Shown here: positions 9,803 through 18,548 of the stretch, one piece after another
Layout: the number at the start of each line of letters is the position of its first letter
How positions within the stretch are numbered: the first letter of the stretch is position 1
Source: Clostridia bacterium
GTDB taxonomy: Bacteria; Bacillota; Clostridia; TANB77; CAG-508
NCBI GenBank assembly: GCA_017517685.1
Contig: JAFWYK010000010.1
Location: 66,499-130,498 of the forward strand
Length of the DNA stretch: 64,000 nt
Direction: 5' to 3'
Program-made: the position numbers and the translations under genes
Notes under the pieces: generated by a model
The model's input: only the letters and a program-made list of their open reading frames with translations
What the model was told of the DNA's origin: nothing
Database searches by the model: none

Positions 9803-10801
9803 ATGAAATTAAATGAAAAAATATTTGAAAATAGAAAAAAACTTGGTTTATCTCAAGAAGATTTAGCTAATAAACTAGATGTTTCAAGACAAACTGTATC
9901 TAAATGGGAAGTAGGAAGTGCTACTCCAGAAGTTGAAAAAATAGTAAAATTATCAGATATATTTAATGTCTCTGTAGATTATTTAGTTAAAGAAAATGAA
10001 GAAAAATATATAAAAAAGGGTATTACTATTAATAAAAAATTAATAGTAAATATATTACTTGGATTATTAGTAGTATTATCAATAGTACTTGGTATAAATA
10101 AATTGATTGATATTACAAAAACCAATTTAAAAAGCCAATATGCTTTAGAAATGATAAATACATATATGACAAATGGTTATGAAGTTGGGCAGAAGCATTC
10201 TGGTAGAATTCTTATAGATAGAGAATTAAGTAAAGGCAATAATGTTACATTAGAAAAAGCTGAGTATTATTACTATATAAATGGTGATGATCGATTATTA
10301 AAATATAGACCTTATGATGATGATTTAAAAACAGTATCTAAAGAATATTTTATAAATCTTAATAATGTTGATTGTAACAGATATGAAGAAAATAAAATTG
10401 TTTATGATAATGTAGTAGAATTGAATTTAGAAGATTATTCACAAAGAGTGATTAATGATTATGAAATTGAATTTATTTCTTCTACTATAAGTGGAGCAAT
10501 TTGTCGAAGTTATTCAATAGTTACAACGTTTAGACCAGAATTAACAGCAAAAGCAATTGCTGAAAATGAGTCAGTTGAAATGATAAAATCAGCTTTTGCT
10601 GGAAAAACATCGTATCATATGTTATATGGAGATTACGAAAAAGATGAAGATTATTTATGGCTTTCAATCACAGAAGATTTTACTAGAATTATTTCAAAAA
10701 CATTTGACAATGATATTTTTGATAAAAAAGAATTTCTTAGAATAGACATAATTGAATTGAATTTTTTGGATAAAGCGTTTGTTTTACCACCAGAAGAATA
10801 A
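9803..10801 (+). CDS. XRE-family helix-turn-helix regulator with TM segment and C-terminal domain
   Basis: N-terminal LGLSQEDLANKLDVSRQTVSKWEVG is a classic Cro/C1-type HTH. Hydrophobic helix LIVNILLGLLVVLSIVLGI follows. ATG 9803 follows SD aaaagggg. Confidence 0.8.
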   Translation: MKLNEKIFENRKKLGLSQEDLANKLDVSRQTVSKWEVGSATPEVEKIVKLSDIFNVSVDYLVKENEEKYIKKGITINKKLIVNILLGLLVVLSIVLGINKLIDITKTNLKSQYALEMINTYMTNGYEVGQKHSGRILIDRELSKGNNVTLEKAEYYYYINGDDRLLKYRPYDDDLKTVSKEYFINLNNVDCNRYEENKIVYDNVVELNLEDYSQRVINDYEIEFISSTISGAICRSYSIVTTFRPELTAKAIAENESVEMIKSAFAGKTSYHMLYGDYEKDEDYLWLSITEDFTRIISKTFDNDIFDKKEFLRIDIIELNFLDKAFVLPPEE

Positions 10802-10807
10802 AATATT

Positions 10808-10839
10808 AGACTACAAATTTAATTATTTGTAGTCTTTTT
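10808..10839 (+). terminator. Rho-independent terminator
   Basis: agactacaaat-loop-atttgtagtct hairpin followed by a T-run. Confidence 0.75.
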
Positions 10840-10906
10840 AAATAGCTTAAATATATTGAAAAATGAGTGTATATGTGATATAAAAGCAATATAGAGGTGA
10901 TTTTAA

Positions 10907-11407
10907 ATGGAAAATAAAAATAGTTCAAATTCAAAAAGAGAAGATTATATCTCTTGGGACGAATATTTCATGGGAGTAGCAATGCTTTCAGCGGAAAGAA
11001 GTAAAGATCCAAATACAGATGTAGGAGCTTGTATTGTAAGTGATGATAATAGAATATTATCTATGGGATATAATGGAGCACCTAGAGGACTACATGATGA
11101 TAAAATGCATTGGCAAAGAAATGGTTCTTTTACAGAAACAAAATATGCATATGTATGTCATGCAGAACTTAATGCTATATTAAATTATAGAGGAGATCTA
11201 TCTGGATCAAAAATATATGTAAAATTATTTCCATGTAACGAATGTGCTAAAGCAATTATTCAGTCTGGTATTAAAGAAGTTATTTATAAAGAAGATAAAT
11301 ATGCTACATCAGATAATGTAATTGTGTCAAAAGCAATGTTTGATTCATGTGGTGTTAAATATACAGAATATAAATCTACAGGTAAAAAAATTACTTTAGA
11401 GTTATAA
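10907..11407 (+). CDS. comEB: deoxycytidylate (dCMP) deaminase, ComEB-like
   Basis: Zinc-deaminase motifs HAELNAI and PCNECAKAIIQSGIKEV. 166 aa. Confidence 0.85.
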   Translation: MENKNSSNSKREDYISWDEYFMGVAMLSAERSKDPNTDVGACIVSDDNRILSMGYNGAPRGLHDDKMHWQRNGSFTETKYAYVCHAELNAILNYRGDLSGSKIYVKLFPCNECAKAIIQSGIKEVIYKEDKYATSDNVIVSKAMFDSCGVKYTEYKSTGKKITLEL

Positions 11408-11431
11408 AAATAGTTTAAATAACTAGCAAAT

Positions 11432-11460
11432 TTGATATTTTATGTAAAATGTGGTATAAT
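11432..11460 (+). promoter_or_regulatory. sigma-A-type promoter with extended -10
   Basis: TTGATA-17 nt-TATAAT with TGg immediately upstream of the -10. 52 nt upstream of ATG 11512. Confidence 0.6.
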
Positions 11461-11511
11461 TAGTATGTAGGTATATTGAAGATTTTACAATATGATGAGG
11501 AGGTAATACCT

Positions 11512-11934
11512 ATGTACAAGATTGACACTTTTATGGAATACTGGATGATCGTCGAAGACAGACTCGTTGTTACAAATGATGTAACTCTCAAACAGATCAA
11601 GGCTATGGTTAAGGAGATGGAGTCCATCGACGCGGAGTACACTGTTGTTTTCGAAGTTGACGCTTTCGCAAGCTATCGTAAGATGCCTGAGTGCATTGCA
11701 AATCACATCAAGAATATGAATGTTGGTGACACCTGTGGTTTCGGCGATGTCGAAATTCGTAAGGTTTCTAACCATCTTTGTGTTGGCGTGATGCTCAATG
11801 TTCTCTATCAGTACAACGATCTCAAGCTCGTGGATGCACATGATCAGTTCGATGATGAGCTCACCCAGCTCGTTGAAGCAGCAGAGGAACATCCTCAGAC
11901 CGCAAAACTTCTGGAACTCCAGCTTTGCGGTTAA
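11512..11934 (+). CDS. orphan hypothetical protein on a GC-rich island
   Basis: 140 aa from ATG 11512, 8 nt after SD gaggagg. 29/60 GC on line 11581-11640 versus 10/60 on 11401-11460. Lys codons 7 AAG : 2 AAA, the opposite of the host. No family recognised. Confidence 0.65.
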   Translation: MYKIDTFMEYWMIVEDRLVVTNDVTLKQIKAMVKEMESIDAEYTVVFEVDAFASYRKMPECIANHIKNMNVGDTCGFGDVEIRKVSNHLCVGVMLNVLYQYNDLKLVDAHDQFDDELTQLVEAAEEHPQTAKLLELQLCG

Positions 11935-12008
11935 GTGAAATCAGTAACACAAGAAGCGGCGCACCACTAACATGGCGCGTCGTTTTCCGTTTTATAAAGG
12001 AGAAGAAA

Positions 12009-12632
12009 ATGAAAATTATTTATGGTACAACTAATAAAGCAAAATTGGAAGCAATGCATGGAATTATAAAATCTTATGGATTTGATGCAGAGCTTTATAC
12101 ATTAAAAGATATAGGATTTACAGATGAAATAATAGAAGATGGTGAAAGTTTTGAAGAAAATTCATTAATTAAAGCTAGAGCAATTGAAGCTTTTTGCAAA
12201 AAAGAAGGAATAGAAGATAAAATTATTCTTACTGATGATGCAGGATTATGCGTTGATTATTTAGGTGGTGCTCCTGGAATATATACAGGAAGATATGCAG
12301 GAGATCATGCACCACAAATCGATAATATAAATAAGCTTTTAACAAATATGAAAGGATGTACAAAACTTGAAGATAGATCTTGTAAGTTAGTTTGTGTATT
12401 AACTGCAATATTAACTGATGGAGAAGTATATGTTGCAAGGGGAGAGTGTACAGGGACAATAGCTTTTGAACATGGGAAATTAGGTGGACTAACTTTCGGA
12501 CCAGTATTTATTCCAAAAGGTTTTGATAAGCCAATGGGCGATATGGAGGAAGAAGAATATATTGCAGTACATAATCACAGAGATTTAGCAATGCAAGAAT
12601 TAATGGCAAAATTCAAAGCTTTAGGATATTAA
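12009..12632 (+). CDS. rdgB: non-canonical purine NTP pyrophosphatase (RdgB/HAM1 family)
   Basis: MKIIYGTTNKAKLEAM start and the ...DDAGLCVDYLGGAPGIYTGRYAG... motif. ORF-track frame trimmed to ATG 12009 after SD aaaggag. Confidence 0.85.
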   Translation: MKIIYGTTNKAKLEAMHGIIKSYGFDAELYTLKDIGFTDEIIEDGESFEENSLIKARAIEAFCKKEGIEDKIILTDDAGLCVDYLGGAPGIYTGRYAGDHAPQIDNINKLLTNMKGCTKLEDRSCKLVCVLTAILTDGEVYVARGECTGTIAFEHGKLGGLTFGPVFIPKGFDKPMGDMEEEEYIAVHNHRDLAMQELMAKFKALGY

Positions 12633-12657
12633 TTAAAATATTATAATAAATGAAATG

Positions 12658-12694
12658 CCGCTACAAATAGAGATTTTTGTAGCGGTTTTTTTTT
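12658..12694 (+). terminator. Rho-independent terminator
   Basis: ccgctacaaa-loop-tttgtagcgg hairpin followed by T9. Confidence 0.8.
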
Positions 12695-12717
12695 ATGTAA
12701 AAAATTTTTTAAAAAGG

Positions 12718-12778
12718 CGAACAAATGTATTGACAAAAATATAAAATAAGATATAATAATCATACGAACATTTATTTG
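12718..12778 (+). promoter_or_regulatory. recN promoter flanked by two degenerate SOS (Cheo-box-like) sites
   Basis: TTGACA (12730)-16 nt-TATAAT (12752). CGAACAAATGTATT (12718) and CGAACATTTATTTG (12765) keep the CGAAC half of CGAACnnnnGTTCG. recN is a classic LexA target. Confidence 0.4.
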
Positions 12779-12804
12779 TATTTTGTGATGAGGTGGTATT
12801 TGAA

Positions 12805-14445
12805 ATGATTAATACATTGCATATAAAAAATATTGGAATAATTGATGATATAACAATAAATTTAAATGAAGGATTTAACGTTTTAACAGGTGAAACAGGA
12901 GCTGGAAAAACGTTAATAATTGGATCACTTCAAATACTTGCAGGTGGTAGATTTTCTAAAGAAATGATAAGAAATGGTGAGAGTCATTCATTTGTAGAAA
13001 TGTCTATTTATTTACCAAATTATGGATATGAAGAAGATAACGTTATTGTTTCAAGAGAAATTAATATAAAAGGAAAAAATACATGTAAGATTAATGGAAG
13101 ACTTGTTACTGTAAATGAATTAAAAACATTTATGAATAATGTTATTGATATTCATGGACAAAATGATAATCAATCAATTTTAGATGTAAGTACTCATATT
13201 GAATTATTAGATGAATATGCAAACAAAGAATTAAAACTAATAAAAGAAGAATATAAAAATTTATATGAAGAGTATTTAAATATAAAAGCAGAACTTGCAA
13301 AAAATTATGGGGACGATAAAGAAAAACAAAGAAAGTTAGATCTTTTAAATTATCAAGTAAATGAAATAGAAGAAGCTAAACTTAAAGTTGGTGAAGAAGA
13401 TGAATTAGAAGCAAGAAGAAAAAGTATTATGGCAGCAGAAAAAATTGCAAGTAATCTTCAAGAAGCAGAAGGTCAAATAAATACTAATGCAATAGACGCA
13501 ATGAACATTGCTATAAAAGCTTTAGAAAAAATTGAATCTTATAATGAAGAGTATTCTGAGATTGCGAATAGATTAAAAGGAGCTTATTATGAGGTACAAG
13601 AAGCAGCTAGGGATTTAGCTTATTTAGGAGAAGATTTATATTTTGATGAAGATGAACAAACAAAAGTAGAAGAAAGATTAGATTTGATAAATTCATTAAA
13701 AAGAAAATACGGAAATGATATATCTGAAATACTAGAATATAAAGAAAAAGTAAATGATGAAATATATGAAATAGAAAACTTAGAAGGTTATATAAAATCA
13801 TTAAAATCAAAACTATCTAAACAAGAAGAGTTGCTAGCAGATTTAGCTAATAAAATGAATCAAATTAGAAATAAATATGCTAAAGAATTAATTAAGAAAA
13901 TTAATAAAGAGTTAAAAGAATTAGAAATGAAAAATGCAAGATTTAATGTAAGAATTGATTTTTCTGAAACTAATGATTTTAATAAAAATGGTTTAGATAA
14001 AGTTGAATTTTTAATTACAACAAATGTTGGAGAAGAAGAAAAACCATTAATTAAAATCGCATCAGGTGGAGAAATGTCTAGATTTATGCTTGCAATAAAA
14101 AATGTTTTAGCAGATGTAGATAAAATACCAGTAATTATTTTTGATGAGATTGATACAGGTATAAGTGGTGTTGCAGCTAATGTAACTGGAGAGAAAATTA
14201 AACAAATATCTAAAACACATCAAGTTATTTGTGTAACTCATTTAGCAAGTATTGCTGCTAAAGGTGATTATAATTATTTCATATGTAAAGAGATTGAAAA
14301 TAATAAAACAAGAACAAAAGTTAAACAACTAAACGAAGAAGAAGTTCTAGAAGAAATTGCAAGAATTTCTACTGGTAATGTATCAGAAATATCAATTAAT
14401 CATGCAAGAGAATTAAGAAATCTATCATTCAAAGAGATTGCTTAA
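12805..14445 (+). CDS. recN: DNA repair protein RecN
   Basis: N-terminal LHIKNIGIIDD...LTGETGAGKTLIIGSL Walker A, long coiled-coil middle, C-terminal SGGEMSRFMLAIK...IIFDEIDTGISG. ATG 12805 follows SD gaggtgg. Confidence 0.9.
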   Translation: MINTLHIKNIGIIDDITINLNEGFNVLTGETGAGKTLIIGSLQILAGGRFSKEMIRNGESHSFVEMSIYLPNYGYEEDNVIVSREINIKGKNTCKINGRLVTVNELKTFMNNVIDIHGQNDNQSILDVSTHIELLDEYANKELKLIKEEYKNLYEEYLNIKAELAKNYGDDKEKQRKLDLLNYQVNEIEEAKLKVGEEDELEARRKSIMAAEKIASNLQEAEGQINTNAIDAMNIAIKALEKIESYNEEYSEIANRLKGAYYEVQEAARDLAYLGEDLYFDEDEQTKVEERLDLINSLKRKYGNDISEILEYKEKVNDEIYEIENLEGYIKSLKSKLSKQEELLADLANKMNQIRNKYAKELIKKINKELKELEMKNARFNVRIDFSETNDFNKNGLDKVEFLITTNVGEEEKPLIKIASGGEMSRFMLAIKNVLADVDKIPVIIFDEIDTGISGVAANVTGEKIKQISKTHQVICVTHLASIAAKGDYNYFICKEIENNKTRTKVKQLNEEEVLEEIARISTGNVSEISINHARELRNLSFKEIA

Positions 14446-14481
14446 ATGTTAAGTTTATGTTAAATATTAGTTAAATAAATT

Positions 14482-14526
14482 GAAGCCATAGTGTATTATT
14501 GCTATAATATACTTGGCTTCTTTTTT
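14482..14526 (+). terminator. Rho-independent terminator
   Basis: gaagcca ... tggcttc stem followed by T6. Confidence 0.65.
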
Positions 14527-14588
14527 GAAGAAGTTGCAGTTCAAATTAATAACAAATGTTATATTTGTGAGGAAAGAGGTAAAACCAA

Positions 14589-15455
14589 ATGAAAAAGCAG
14601 CAGCAGATGTACCGTGATTGTCCCTACGAAGTATACTTTGAGAACACCTTCTGTGGAGACTGTCGGAACTGCCCCAACTACAGTAATTGCGTTCTGATGC
14701 GTTATCGCGCAAGTCAAAATGAGAAAAAACGTGCAAAGACCAAGAACGTTGTTCGGAATAGAATCATCGCCTTGTGTGCTGTCATTGCCCTGGTAATGAC
14801 CAGTATTACCGTCATGGCGAGTAATGCTATTAACACTCCTTCTGAGTATTCAGTAAGTGATGTTAACACAAGAAATAGTGACGTTGTGATTACAACTCTT
14901 CGCTATGATGACCCGACAATTGTTGTGACTCCTGAAGTCAACACTGAATCCGTTACGGAGCCTGTTTCTGAGGAAACGCTTCCGATCGTGATTGTGCCTG
15001 AAATCTCTGCATATGGCCCTGGCAAACTTTACTATTACGACTTGAACGAAAGTGAAAAGTTGTACTTAGCTAAAATGGTGTACAGGGAAGCTCGTGGTGA
15101 ATCGTTTGAAGGCAAAGTAGCTGTTGTAGCCGTCGCGCTGAACAGATATTTTTCCAATGATCGCCGTTTTGATCGCCGTTCCATCTACGCAATCGTTACT
15201 CAGTCTGGTCAGTTTGCTGACATCTCCGGTGTCACCCAGGGTATGTTGGATAGCATTCCTGAATGCATGGAAGCCGTCGAGGCAGCCTGCAAGGGATGGG
15301 ATCCTACTCGTGTGACTTTCGAGGACGGTGCTTTGTTCTTCTATTCTCCGAAGAATATGTCTGAGGAGGCATTGTTGAGCAGATCTGGCGTGGAAACTCT
15401 TACTATTGGAAACCACAATTTCCATGTAGATTTCAACCCTGATTACGCACCGTAA
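14589..15455 (+). CDS. SleB/CwlJ-type cell-wall hydrolase domain protein with Cys-rich N-terminus and TM anchor (GC-rich island)
   Basis: C-terminal YLAKMVYREARGESFEGKVAVVAVALNR ... GQFA matches the Hydrolase_2 (SleB) family as I remember it. N-terminal C-x10-C-x2-C-x2-C-x5-C, then a TM helix. 29/60 GC on 15121-15180. Confidence 0.7.
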   Translation: MKKQQQMYRDCPYEVYFENTFCGDCRNCPNYSNCVLMRYRASQNEKKRAKTKNVVRNRIIALCAVIALVMTSITVMASNAINTPSEYSVSDVNTRNSDVVITTLRYDDPTIVVTPEVNTESVTEPVSEETLPIVIVPEISAYGPGKLYYYDLNESEKLYLAKMVYREARGESFEGKVAVVAVALNRYFSNDRRFDRRSIYAIVTQSGQFADISGVTQGMLDSIPECMEAVEAACKGWDPTRVTFEDGALFFYSPKNMSEEALLSRSGVETLTIGNHNFHVDFNPDYAP

Positions 15456-15473
15456 TTCCAAAAAAAGAAAAAA

Positions 15474-15506
15474 AGTGGTTAAGTCAACTGACTGACCACT
15501 TTTTTC
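15474..15506 (+). terminator. Rho-independent terminator
   Basis: agtggttaagtca ... tgactgaccact imperfect hairpin followed by T6. Confidence 0.65.
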
Positions 15507-15520
15507 TTTTGTGTCCAGGC

Positions 15521-15547
15521 ACGTAGAGATTTTTATAGCATATATTA
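15521..15547 (+). promoter_or_regulatory. candidate mother-cell (sigma-K/sigma-E-type) promoter of sigK
   Basis: AC-16 nt-CATATATTA fits the B. subtilis sigma-K consensus AC-16/17-CATAnnnTA. 32 nt upstream of the sigK start. Confidence 0.35.
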
Positions 15548-15578
15548 AGATATAAACTAAAAAATAGTGGAGGTGAAA

Positions 15579-16280
15579 ATGATTACAGCTACTATATCAG
15601 AATTGCTAATAGTTTTAAGTGGTTTAATAATTGGTGTTGGATACATACAAAGCAGTAATTTATTTCCAGAACCATTAAGTTCAAAGGAGGAAAAAGAGTA
15701 TTTAGAACTAATGAAGAATGGAGATGATAATGCTAGAAAAGTTTTGATTGAAAGAAATTTAAGACTAGTAGCTCATATTGCTAAAAAATATTCTTCAACT
15801 GGAGTAGAGATTGATGATTTAATTTCTATTGGAAGCATAGGATTAATAAAGGGAATTAATAGTTTTAATCCTGATAAAAGTATAAAAATTGCTACATATG
15901 CTGCAAAATGTATCGAAAATGAGATTTTAATGTATTTAAGAAGTAATAAGAAAAGAATGGGTGATGTTTATTTAAATGAACCGATTGGAAAAGATAAAGA
16001 CGATAATGAAATAACTCTTCAAGAAATTTTAGAAAATGATTCTAAAAATATTGAAGATGAAGTTGATTTAAAGATAAAGACGAAGCTATTAAATGAAAAA
16101 ATGAAAGTTGTGCTTAAGAAAAGAGAAAAGGAAATTCTAGAATTAAGATTTGGACTTAATGGAAAGAATTCTAAGACGCAAAGTGAAATTGCAAAGATGT
16201 ATAATATCAGTAGATCATATGTATCTAGAATAGAAACCAAAGCGATTAATAAATTATCTAAAATTATTTTTGAATCATAA
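15579..16280 (+). CDS. sigK: sporulation sigma factor SigK (pro-sigma-K), uninterrupted
   Basis: FPEPLSSKEEKEYLELMKNGDDNARKVLIERNLRLVAHIAKKY, LIKGINSF and EPIGKDKDDNEITL match SigK rather than SigE. Hydrophobic pro-sequence. No spoIIGA upstream. ATG 15579 follows SD ggaggtg. Confidence 0.8.
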   Translation: MITATISELLIVLSGLIIGVGYIQSSNLFPEPLSSKEEKEYLELMKNGDDNARKVLIERNLRLVAHIAKKYSSTGVEIDDLISIGSIGLIKGINSFNPDKSIKIATYAAKCIENEILMYLRSNKKRMGDVYLNEPIGKDKDDNEITLQEILENDSKNIEDEVDLKIKTKLLNEKMKVVLKKREKEILELRFGLNGKNSKTQSEIAKMYNISRSYVSRIETKAINKLSKIIFES

Positions 16281-16309
16281 CTTCTTGTGTAACCCTTGAT
16301 AATAAAGGT

Positions 16310-16338
16310 TTGTAAAAGTATAAAATCTGTGTTATAAT
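16310..16338 (+). promoter_or_regulatory. sigma-A-type promoter
   Basis: TTGTAA-17 nt-TATAAT with TGt extension. Confidence 0.5.
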
Positions 16339-16384
16339 ATTTAGGAGCATTTTGAAAATGACATAGAAAGGAAGTGAATTGTCA

Positions 16385-17389
16385 ATGAATAATTTCAAGG
16401 CAAAAAGAATTTTCCGGAGATTGATGAAAATTTTGTCTTTCCTGGCTATTGTTGTTATTTTGCTTGTAATGCTGGTTGTTTTAAGGCTCTATGTAGTATC
16501 AAATCAGGATGAAGTCAATCCGCAGTTTACAGATGGAAATCTTGAAATACACATGATTGATGTAGGTCAAGGTGATTCATTTGTGCTTCTGCAAGATGAT
16601 AAAGTTCTGTTAATTGATGCTGGTACCATGTACAACATGGATGTAACAAATAAAGCTTTAAAAGAACTCGGAGTCAAGAAGATTGATTATGCTATTCTTA
16701 CGCATTATCATCAAGATCATTCTGCAGGACTTTTCAGCATAATGCTAAACTACAAAATTGATCACATGTATGTGACTGATATGTCGAAGCATAATTTTTT
16801 TGATCTTGATGCTTCTCATTTTGCAATCGGAGCACTTACTAAAGTTGCTCACTACTTTTCTGGTAGTAAAATGATTGAAGGTGTAAAAGCAGAAGATGGA
16901 ACATTTAAGACATTTTGGTTTGCAGACTCATATGTAGAATTCTTAGCGCCAATTGATGATGAATATGAAAAAATCAATAATTATTCATTGGTAGCAAAAG
17001 TGACATATGGTGAGAAAACAATCCTTTTTACAGGAGATATTGAAAAAGAAGTAGAACAGCAATTGCTAGATGCAGGAGTCGATCTTTCAGCCGATGTTTA
17101 CAAAGCTGCTCATCATGGGAGTATGACATCTAATACAGAAGCGTTTATGGATGCTGTAAATCCTGAAGTGGTATTAATATCCTCAGATAATGGAAACCAC
17201 AACTATTATGGACATCCAGTTAGGCCTTTTATGGACTACTTGGAAGAGAAATTTATTAGAGTGTATCGTACAGATGAATCAGGAACTGTAAAGATAATAA
17301 TTGATGGGTACAATGTAATTAGTAGTACGAGCAGAGATGACTATAGGTCAGGCACTCAAATCGTAGAGATGGAAGGTGAATCCAACTAA
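16385..17389 (+). CDS. membrane-anchored MBL-fold hydrolase related to the ComEC/Rec2 C-terminal domain
   Basis: LEIHMIDVGQGDSFVL, ILTHYHQDHSAG, FTGDIEKE and YKAAHHGS are the ComEC-type metallo-beta-lactamase motifs. N-terminal TM helix. 22/60 GC on 16441-16500, with many CTG/CTC/AAG codons. Confidence 0.75.
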   Translation: MNNFKAKRIFRRLMKILSFLAIVVILLVMLVVLRLYVVSNQDEVNPQFTDGNLEIHMIDVGQGDSFVLLQDDKVLLIDAGTMYNMDVTNKALKELGVKKIDYAILTHYHQDHSAGLFSIMLNYKIDHMYVTDMSKHNFFDLDASHFAIGALTKVAHYFSGSKMIEGVKAEDGTFKTFWFADSYVEFLAPIDDEYEKINNYSLVAKVTYGEKTILFTGDIEKEVEQQLLDAGVDLSADVYKAAHHGSMTSNTEAFMDAVNPEVVLISSDNGNHNYYGHPVRPFMDYLEEKFIRVYRTDESGTVKIIIDGYNVISSTSRDDYRSGTQIVEMEGESN

Positions 17390-17390
17390 A

Positions 17391-17420
17391 AGCCTCCCTG
17401 AAAAGGGAGGCTAAAGTTTT
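17391..17420 (+). terminator. Rho-independent terminator
   Basis: agcctccct-gaaa-agggaggct hairpin followed by aaagtttt. Confidence 0.6.
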
Positions 17421-17436
17421 AAAAAAGTGAGTAGAT

Positions 17437-18333
17437 ATGGAATTAGAAAATATATTAAAAGAATGTAGGCTATGCCCACATAATTGTAAAGTAAATAGAA
17501 TGGATGGAATGATAGGAAGATGTAAAGCTGGAATTAATCCTAAAGTAGCGCTTGCAAATCTTCATTATTTTGAAGAGCCTTGTATAAGTGGTGAAACTGG
17601 ATCTGGAACAGTTTTCTTTTCAGGTTGTAATTTATCTTGTAAGTTCTGTCAAAATTATAAAATAAGTCAAGAATATTTGGGTAAAGAAATATCAGTAAAT
17701 GATTTAGCAAATGAGTTTTTGAAACTTCAAGAAATGGGAGCTAATAATATTAATTTAGTAACTGGATTTATGTATATACCACAAATTATTGAGGCTTTAA
17801 AAATAGCAAAACAAAAAGGGTTAGTGCTTCCTGTGGTTTATAATTCAAGTGGGTATGAATCTTTAGATGGACTTAAACTGTTAGACGGATATATAGATGT
17901 ATATTTACCTGATTTTAAGTATTTTGATGATGTTTTAGCAGAGAAGTTATCTGGAATTAAGAATTATAAAGAAAATGCTATAATAGCGATTAAAGAGATG
18001 TATAAACAATGTGGAAAACTGGAAGTAAATAATGAAACTGGAATGATAAAAAAAGGATTGATTATTAGACATTTAGTTTTACCAAATTATATTGAAAATA
18101 GTAAAAATGTTTTAAAATGGATTAAAGAAAATATGCCAGATGTTTTGGTAAGCATAATGGCACAATATTTTCCAACTCATAAAGCTGTAGGTATGGATGA
18201 TATTGGAAGAAAGTTAACACAAGAAGAATATGAAGAGATTGAAAATTATGTATTTGAACTTGATTTAGACGGCTTTATGCAAGACTTAGAAGATGATGAA
18301 ACTAAATATGTACCAGACTTTGAAAATGGATAA
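17437..18333 (+). CDS. radical SAM protein (PflX / COG1313-like activase family)
   Basis: CNLSCKFCQNY is a CxxxCxxC radical-SAM cluster motif. An N-terminal C-rich segment CRLCPHNCKVNR precedes it. 298 aa. Confidence 0.75.
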   Translation: MELENILKECRLCPHNCKVNRMDGMIGRCKAGINPKVALANLHYFEEPCISGETGSGTVFFSGCNLSCKFCQNYKISQEYLGKEISVNDLANEFLKLQEMGANNINLVTGFMYIPQIIEALKIAKQKGLVLPVVYNSSGYESLDGLKLLDGYIDVYLPDFKYFDDVLAEKLSGIKNYKENAIIAIKEMYKQCGKLEVNNETGMIKKGLIIRHLVLPNYIENSKNVLKWIKENMPDVLVSIMAQYFPTHKAVGMDDIGRKLTQEEYEEIENYVFELDLDGFMQDLEDDETKYVPDFENG

Positions 18334-18548
18334 TTTTTACTATAACAGAGCAAAAAAATAACTCGTGAAAAAACCACGAGATTAATTAATTATACCATAT
18401 TTTTGATAAAAATTCAAGTTATCAAATTGGGTAAAAAAAGTGGAAAAAAGTGAGATATTTTATAAAAAAAGTAGATATATAGGTATAGTTAAATAATATA
18501 GGAAATTTGTGATTTGATGTTATGGTATAAATGTGGTATCATAATTAT

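Noticed and set aside
11485-11892. 135-aa minus-strand ORF antisense to the GC-rich ORF at 11512-11934.
   Set aside because: It has no SD or promoter on that strand. The plus-strand ORF has a consensus promoter and a strong SD with 8-nt spacing.
15066-15461. 131-aa minus-strand ORF antisense to the SleB-type gene.
   Set aside because: The plus-strand frame carries a recognisable SleB/Hydrolase_2 motif. The antisense ORF is a by-product of the higher GC content (fewer stop codons).
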